64,000 bases of DNA from Vicugna vicugna (taxonomy: Eukaryota). The position numbers and the translations under genes are program-made. The stretch is taken from positions 620,001 through 684,000 of the forward strand of contig MU058000.1 of assembly GCA_013265495.1 (NCBI GenBank), given 5' to 3'. Of the stretch, positions 56,188 through 64,000 are shown piece by piece. How positions within the stretch are numbered: position 1 is the first letter of the stretch; each line of letters opens with the position of its first letter. Below the pieces are notes generated by a model, which did no database searches, was not told where the DNA came from, and worked only from the letters and a program-made list of their open reading frames with translations.

Positions 56188-56354
56188 GGGGGGAGGGTAT
56201 ATAGCTCAGTGGTAGAAGTGCATGCCTAGCATGCGTGAGGTCCAGGGTTCAATTCCTAGTACCGCCATTAAAAAAGTAAATAAATAAACCTAATTACCTG
56301 CCCCCTCCCAAAAAAAAAACCGAAATAATGAAAAAAAATTTTAAACTGTAAATT
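56188..56354 (+). mobile_element. Vic-1-like tRNA-derived SINE with Pol III A and B boxes
   Basis: A box TAGCTCAGTGG 56202-56212; B box GGTTCAATTCC 56246-56256; TSD taaaaatacttctaatc at 56171-56187 and 56355-56371. Confidence 0.9.
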
Positions 56355-56371
56355 TAAAAATACTTCTAATC

Positions 56372-56495
56372 AAAAGAATATGAAAAGGAATATATGTATG
56401 TATAACTGAATCACTGCTGTACACCAGAAGTTAATACATTGTAAACTGACTATACTTCAATTAAAAAAAAAAGTAAACAAATCCACAGAAATGAA
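56372..56495 (+). mobile_element. Severely truncated L1 3' terminus with A-tail
   Basis: tataactgaatcactgctgtacaccagaagttaatacattgtaaactgactatacttcaattaaaaaa resembles the reverse complement of the L1 ends at 48930-49010 and 25140-25200. Confidence 0.8.
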
Positions 56496-59400
56496 AAAAA
56501 TACTTCTAATCAGAAACAAGTACTTGAAAATATTACTGTCACAGGGTAAAGGATTTTGGATTCATTAGTTGCTGCTCTATTTAGTTCTCTCATCTCTGAA
56601 GTGGGATTCCAGAGACAGCCCAGGGTTGGGAAAGCAAATTAGCTTTGCCATTATTGATGTACCAAATAGTTTATAAACAGAAGGTCTCAGAGCACAAAGA
56701 ACTTAGTTCTAGGTTTTAGAGGTGAGGAGCATGTTGGCTTCAAGTTCCAGCCCCTGCTTGATCATGCTGCCTTCCTTGGCACAGAAAACATTTCCCCAGC
56801 AGAAGCATTGCTTACCTGCAAGTAAGAATCCCACCACGGAAATTTTTATGAAAAGGGGTCACAGACCTTGAGTACAAACCAGATCTATTCTTTTTTTTTT
56901 TAGAAGTAAGTGTTCACCTTTGTAGGGTGTCATGGTGTTTTGCTCTTACATTTCCTTTGATTGTGCTGTTTTTAGTTTCTTTTATGTTTTTCTTAACAAA
57001 TCACATAGACTTTCTTGTTAGCTTTTCCCAAATTGATCCTTAACTTGATGCCTTGCTTACTCATTAAGTTACTAATTTTAAAATCTCAGGAGAGAATGTA
57101 CTGGTATACAATTTGTTATTTTGGTAGCAAAAGAAATGGCAAGTTGGGTTTTTTTTTTTTTTTTTAATTTCTAATAGGCTACTTGTGGGCTTGCAGGATA
57201 AACATAACCAGCCTCTGTAGTTCTCAACTGTTGATTCTTCCTTCTTTGCCCCATCATTCAGTCTGGTCACCAAATACTTGTGTCCTTTGCCCTGAGCCTT
57301 TCTTTTTCATTACAACTGTCATCCCCTTATTAGAAGTGTATTGAGAGAGTAAAAGGGAGATAAATTTTGTACTGTCTAGGAAATCAGGAGAATTAAACAT
57401 TCTTGCCGCTTTCCTCACAGCAGTAACCTGTGGGTTGCTTAGAGAAAGAAAAACAGTAGTAGAGAAGACTTTCCAGACTGCAGAGGCTCAAAGGTGAAAA
57501 GGGGAATTGACTTCGAGGGATTATGAGAGAGTGTTAACTAAAATACAGAGTGAACATTAGTCATTTTTAATTGCATGTTGATTTATGCTTGCTGATTCGT
57601 GTTGCTTTTGGTGCAGTTTGGCCACATACTGAGAAAGCCACTTCTCTTAGTCAACTATTTAATGAGGATAAACCTAACAAATGTAAAACATTAAAAGGCA
57701 GCACACAGGAGTTAAAGGCAGTAGAAGATGTGCAATAGGAGTTTATTCAAAAAGAGTTCAACGTGGACGGAAATAACTGGAGACTGTCTCAGTCTCAGAT
57801 GTGTCCCTTTCTCTGCCACTGCCACCAGATTAGTGTAGACATTCAGGACTTTATGCCTGTTAGTGAAAAGAAGAGAGCGGAGGACAGGGAGAGAGAGATG
57901 AGAGAAAAGTCTTGACCCCTGGGGTCTGCTCCCAACAGGTGGAGAATACATTTTATTCTGTTCTTTTCTGTTGACCTAGACTGTGCTGGGGAGGAAAGTA
58001 CACATATTTTGACTTTAACTCCTTCTGAAAAATATAATCTGTAATTTTGAGACCTCTAAAGAGAAACTGTGAGTTTATGTAAGTTCTTTTTTAGAAATGG
58101 AAGGTACACTTCTCTTTGGTTTGAGAAGATACTTCAGTAGGTCCATAACAGGATGTGATGGAGTGGAACTAAAAATTGCTTTGCATAATAAAGTGAAGTA
58201 TAGTGGAGACTCATTAAACTTCTTATTCAAGCCATTTGGTTTGCCATTCCACTCAGTGGGTCTGTGAGGCAGATAAAAGATGCTCTCACGCCTGAAATGG
58301 TCAATTCATGTTAGTAAAACTCAGGGAATAATTGTGTGACTCATTTTAATGACACCCAGATTGACCATGAAGTGGGAGGCATTGTTCAGGTGGCTGGGAT
58401 TTTGGGTTGTGATGACTCTATGTCTGTATCCTCAAAGGAGAAATTGAAGATTAAACTGAGGGTCATAGAGTGACTTTTATTAAAGAAGATTTATGCCTTA
58501 GTCTACTTTATTTTATAGACAGTTTAACTGATTTTCAAGGGTGCTAAACTTTAGAACTTAATTCCCACTTAAGATGAGATTTTTAAGAAGAGTTTTCAGT
58601 TTTTCCTTGGCAGTCAGAGACATAGTGATTTGGGGATTTGAGGTGCTGGCTCCATTTACTCAGGCTAGAGCTGTGGGAGAAAGATGTTTAATAAGGATTC
58701 CCTCTGTGGGGTATAGGTAATGAACTTTAGAAATAGGGATGTCTGATATTCAGTTTTAAGTTCTTTCCTGTTTTGTGCTGTAAATACTCACCATTGATTG
58801 CTAACCTTCAGTAAACATCAGTTGTACCACCAGCCTTGAATTACTAGTGCCTTGCAGAAGGGAGCGAGGGGGCTGCCTTCATTAAATAAGATAATGCATC
58901 TAAAATTCTTAGTGTTAAGTGTTTGTACCAGAGTATAAGCACTACATAAATGTTAGTTTATATTATTATATTTGGGAATACAGAAAGCTGCCCAGCATAG
59001 AGGAATACAGAGGAGATAGCTGGAGGTGATCAAAGAGGAGCCGGAAGGAGTTTAGAATAAGAGCTGACAGATGACTCTGAGGACATTTAAATCTTCATCT
59101 TCACTTCTCATTCTCAACTCCCCTACCCCCAAATCCTGAGGAACATTAGGGACTATACTTGGCTTTGGATAGTTACTTGAGCAGTTATTCCACTTGGCTG
59201 TTAAAGTGACACAAATGAAAGGGGGACTCTAGAAGGCTAAAACCTTGTGACAACGTGGGATCTGGGCAGTTAGGTCTCAAAACTTGTTAAAGAGGACCCT
59301 GGGCAGATAGGGATGGAAGAATAGTGGGAAGGAATAGAATATGCTTCAGAAATCCCCAACTTAAGAAAATTTTATGCTCTTATCTGGCTGTTAATCCTTT

Positions 59401-62400
59401 TGTGCACCTGATAACAGTTACTAACGTCAGTTAATTTCATGCTGACTAGGCTATATAGTTCTGTGTGTTCTGTTCAGGATAGAGTTCTCTTGATGGCAGG
59501 TTGGCCACTGAACTGGCCTGAGTTCTCCCCTGGTAAGTAATTGTATTTTGCAATAAGATGTCTATGGTCTATTTGAACTGAACAAAACACAAAGCTCTGT
59601 TTCTTTCTTGCCTTGTTTACTCCAAAAAAACCCTTTAAATTATTTTCCTTACCTTTAATCTTTCCCGTAGACCAAAATACCCAGCACATTGTAGACAGGT
59701 GAGTCAGTCTTTCTAGAATAATGCTTCATTGGCAAGATTCTAAAGTGGCTTCACAGCATTTATTAGATTGAATCCAGTGTCAGGCTAGAGGCCAGTTCTA
59801 CCACCGCCAGGCCTTACTGTCAGTCTTACTTCTTGATGGGCATGACCCCCTCTACCCAGGTCAGGCTCATTTGCTAAACCAGCATACCCCTCTTACAGCG
59901 GCCTCCTCCCAACTTTAAACTCCCTTCCTCTTGCCACTGAGCTAAACTTTACCCCCACCTCCAGGTCTCACTGAAAAGCCATCTTTCTTATGAAAACCTC
60001 CCAAGTATTCTAGTCCATGTTGTTTTTTTTCCTGAATTTATGTTGACATTAGTCATTTGGATTCATCAATCAATTGAACAGTTATTTGTCGAATGCTGAC
60101 AATATACCAGGAACATAATGCAAATACTATGTTAATTGATTATGTGCCCTTTTATATTTCTCACTTACTATATGTGTGTGTACTTATTGCCCCCAAAAAC
60201 CCTAAGGACTCTATTGTTTTCATTTGTTTTCTCACAGAATTAGGCACAAAATAGGAATGCAATAAATGTATCTTGAATTAACCAAAGTATCTGCATGATA
60301 AACTTAACTAGGATGCAAGTCACTTGTTAACTTGTCAGCTTATGATCACTAACCATGTTAAGTGGGTGATGAGTGTTCTTAATAAACATTTTTCATTATG
60401 CCTGACCTCATTAAATCTTGCATAGTGACACATTTTGTTTAAAAACTTTTATTAATAGCTTTTTCATAGCTCAAAAAAAGGTGTTACAGATGATACTCAG
60501 CAAAACAATTAAAAACAAAACCTTACCTCTGTAGAGTTAGCCAGTGTGTAGACTTTATTACATAGGCACATATTATTTTTATAAGTAAACTGTTTTTACA
60601 TAAAATTAATCACAATAGTACAAGAAATTGCACTGAATGAGGCTGGATAGTGAAGGAAGGAAAATCCAGGCCCCGATCAGCTGAATCATTCACTAGATCT
60701 TGGGTCCATCCATCCTAACACATTGAAATTAACTGTGGGCATTACAAAAATGGAGAGTGAGGAGGGGTGCTCTTTTATCACCCGCTGGCTTAAAACACTG
60801 ATTGTTCAATTTCTTAAATACGGTAAAGTTTTCTCCAGGTTCTGTTGGCCACTTGACACAAAGGTTAAGTGAATGCTGAGTTAGGGTCAGAGGAGTTGAT
60901 ACTTGTCCCTTCTGTCACCCTCATACCTCAAAACCCTTTGATGTTCTGGTCCCAGAGGGTGCTGTTGGGAGGTGTGCACATCTGCTTTCAGAGCTGCCCC
61001 CATTGGAAACCACCTGGGGTGCTGACCCTGAAGCACAGGGAGGCAAGACAGTGGTGCTTAAGGCTTCAGTCACAGTGTGGCTAAACGGTGTCCACAGCTA
61101 GCACTGAGGGTTTGATCTGAGGCAGAAGATGGGACTGAACAGGAAGAGGATGCTGGAATTCCTTGCTCTGTCCGGCTGGAATTGAGCCATTACATTTGAC
61201 CAATTCTTAGTACAGGAAACTAAAATCATACTAACACATACCACAAAAGGGGTGCTATTTTGTAGCTTGTACATGTTTTAAAAATTTTTTTTGACTACAG
61301 TTTCATGTTACTGAGAGACAATAAAGCTAGATAGGGAGGATTGACCCTTCCTCTCATCTCGTTTTGCCGTAGCTATATTAAAAGCAGAGCCAGGATGTTT
61401 GCTTTTTCTACCCTCAATTTCTGCAGTCCTTTGTATATCTATAAATCATTGATCATCCCAACATGGCCCCTCAGTACCTTGGAGGCTTAAACCTACTTCT
61501 GCTTCAGGTGGTACCCAAATCCTATCTGTTCCTCATCACACTCACACACTGCTGTGCTGGGTGATGCCAGGGGAACGTCCAGAGCATGTGCCAGCCGATC
61601 TTCATCATCCTTTTGATCCTGCATTTTTATCTGTGTTTTGAAGGCAACTACAAAATAGAGGATTGCAGGGTTTTGTGTTTTTCTGTTGTCTGGGCAGATG
61701 GAAAAGGATAGAGACATACAAAGGGCAAAGATGGGCCAGCTAATTTTCCCAACATTCAAATTTTAAATTTCTTGGTTCTTAAGACTACATGAAGAGTCCA
61801 GTTGACATGAAGTGTCACTGACAGTGGCACCAGAGGATATTTTATAAAATAATCCATAAAACTGGAGCTGGAAAGGACCTGATGAAACAGTCCAGCTTCC
61901 TCACTTTTTTTAGCTGAGGTCACTGAAGCCCAACTGGGAAGATGGTTAACATGGTGATTGTCTCCATGACTGTGTCCTTTAAAGACTCATAGAAACCCTA
62001 CTTCTCTGATAAAGGGCATTCCCACCAATGTCTTTGCATCAGCAATCCTCGTCCTTGGGTTTGGCCCTATTAGCTCCCTTTAGGGAAGCTGACTGCTCGG
62101 ACAGCACCTTGACCAGTAAACACTAGATAAATACTTGTTGAACTGAATTCTATTGTTCATCCTTGTTAGGCAATCTTTTATTTTTTCTTGAGTTCCTTAC
62201 GTTCAAGTGTTTTGAAATTTGGTGGCCAGTGCTATATTTGTTACTTCTCTGCACTTTATTTTTTCATATTGCAATTCTATCTTTTGATTCTGTTCTTTTA
62301 TAGCTTTTCATTACATGTAATTATTATTTGCCTCTCTCCAGGCACACACATCATTATGGATAGCTTCTGCCTTTACGGGCCTGGAATTGCAAATTCAGAG

Positions 62401-64000
62401 ATACATTTTTTTTTCAGTTGTTAAATGAAACAAAAGGAATAGACTCTCAATCAGATTTGCTAAGGCACAGTGGAAGAAATGTAGAAATTCCACATTCCTG
62501 CTTAGTTAATACATGGGAAACCATTACTGATACACATATTTATTTTCTACATTTGTGACTGCCTTACACATCGCATTCATTTTTAATTTGTTAAATAGAT
62601 AAATATGAGTCACAATATCCAAAGCAAGTTTCATTTACAAAGAACATAATTAAGAAACGGTAACTTGTAGAGAATTGGCACTTAGACATTGGTAATGTTT
62701 AGAAAACATGTTTAGGACTTGGTGAGAATGCTATGATAACTTTATATAAAGAGCTGTCATGGTTTGGATGGAACTTGGTAGTGAAATGTTACGGATAATT
62801 CCTTTACAAGATGATATTTTTGTAGATTTAGTTTTTTGGTCACTTTTGATTGAATTTCATGTTAAGTTGCATTCTTATCATGACGTAAACTCTAGATATG
62901 CTAGAATTAACTTACCATCATCATTCATAGAAGAGTTAAAGTTACCATTCTTCACTGGAAGAATTTCTAAAAGTAGGCTAGACAGCAGTACTTCCTACTC
63001 AAATCAACTTAGTATTTTCAAGGCTTTTAAGAAGTATCAGCTCATTCTTTTTCCCACCACTAAACTTATTCTGAGACTTAAAGCAGCACTGGAATCATGA
63101 TGTCATTTCTCAAGTGTTGGCCTTACTACCTCAGACCTCCATCTTACTATGGTGACAAAATAAATACACAGGTCAGTGGCTAATGTTGAGGAAAACAAAG
63201 ACCTAGCACACCAAGATGGGCCAGGTACCCTATTAAGTGCTTTCTTCTTCCACTTACCATTCAGATGGGTAAGATGAGGCTTAACAGATCTGTCTGACTT
63301 GCAGGAACAAAACAATCAATAATCTGGACCATGGACAGCATCTATGCTACTGATTTCTTTGGGCACAGAAATGTTTTCCAGTACGAATAAGACACACTGT
63401 AGTTTAAATTCGGCTGCACATGAAGTGCTCAAGTGCTGACAGTAATCATTAGTCAACAGTGGAGGCAAAGAAAGAAAAAGTATTTAAGTGCTCCAGAAAA
63501 TAAAAGCATGCTTGCTTGCATCAGTGTAAGTATTGACAGTAAGTAAGGGTTATGTAGTCTAAGAGTCTCAGGGTCAGTATTTGTTCAACAAAGATTTATT
63601 GAGTACCTAATCATTTCCCTTTATTTCATTAATATGTATTTGTCCTATCAGCAAGGATTTAAGTTGGCAGAAACTGTTATTATCCAAGCGTGGTGCTAAG
63701 TATTGGAAACAAAGAATAAGATACATTTCTTGCCTCCATGGGTCATGTTTTTTGGGAATGTGAATTTGTAGGGAAATAAACTCTTGCTCTCATCCAGTGG
63801 GTCTGAATAGAAATTACTCTCATTTCAAATAAATATTTTACATAAAAAATGTTCTCAAGGGTTACAAGCCTGGCCAATAATGCAGGAACCAAATAGGAAA
63901 GAAAAAAAAAACTGTCCAGATTGTATATAAGTGAAATGCAAATTTTTGATAAGGAATAACTAGTACTATGTTTATAAGAGTGGCAAAGGAGGTTTAAAGA

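Noticed and set aside
56188..56265. tRNA gene-like sequence
   Set aside because: Has an A-rich tail and TSD and no proper acceptor stem; it is a SINE
61493..61759. 88-aa ORF with an acidic patch as a possible STON2 exon
   Set aside because: I cannot recognise stonin sequence or convincing splice sites

Overview
Mammalian genomic DNA, probably camelid (inferred from Vic-1-like tRNA-derived SINEs). The main feature is the complete GTF2A1 gene (TFIIA alpha/beta precursor) on the minus strand. It has nine coding exons (39883 to 4486, 1128 nt, 375 aa), all with GT-AG junctions, a CpG-island promoter near 40.3 kb and a ~4.2 kb 3' UTR. Intron 3 hosts the H/ACA snoRNA SNORA79. The last intron contains a full-length antisense ARF1 retrocopy with a 15-bp TSD and an uninterrupted 181-codon ORF whose G3 motif is damaged. 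The rest is intron and intergenic DNA rich in L1, L2, MER, MLT and SINE relics, including nested and same-site insertions. I found no convincing new multi-gene system. The best leads are the ARF1 retrocopy, a candidate convergent TATA promoter in intron 1, a GC-skewed patch in exon 3 and several retrotransposition footprints. Comparisons with human sequences and repeat family names are from memory, not from searches.
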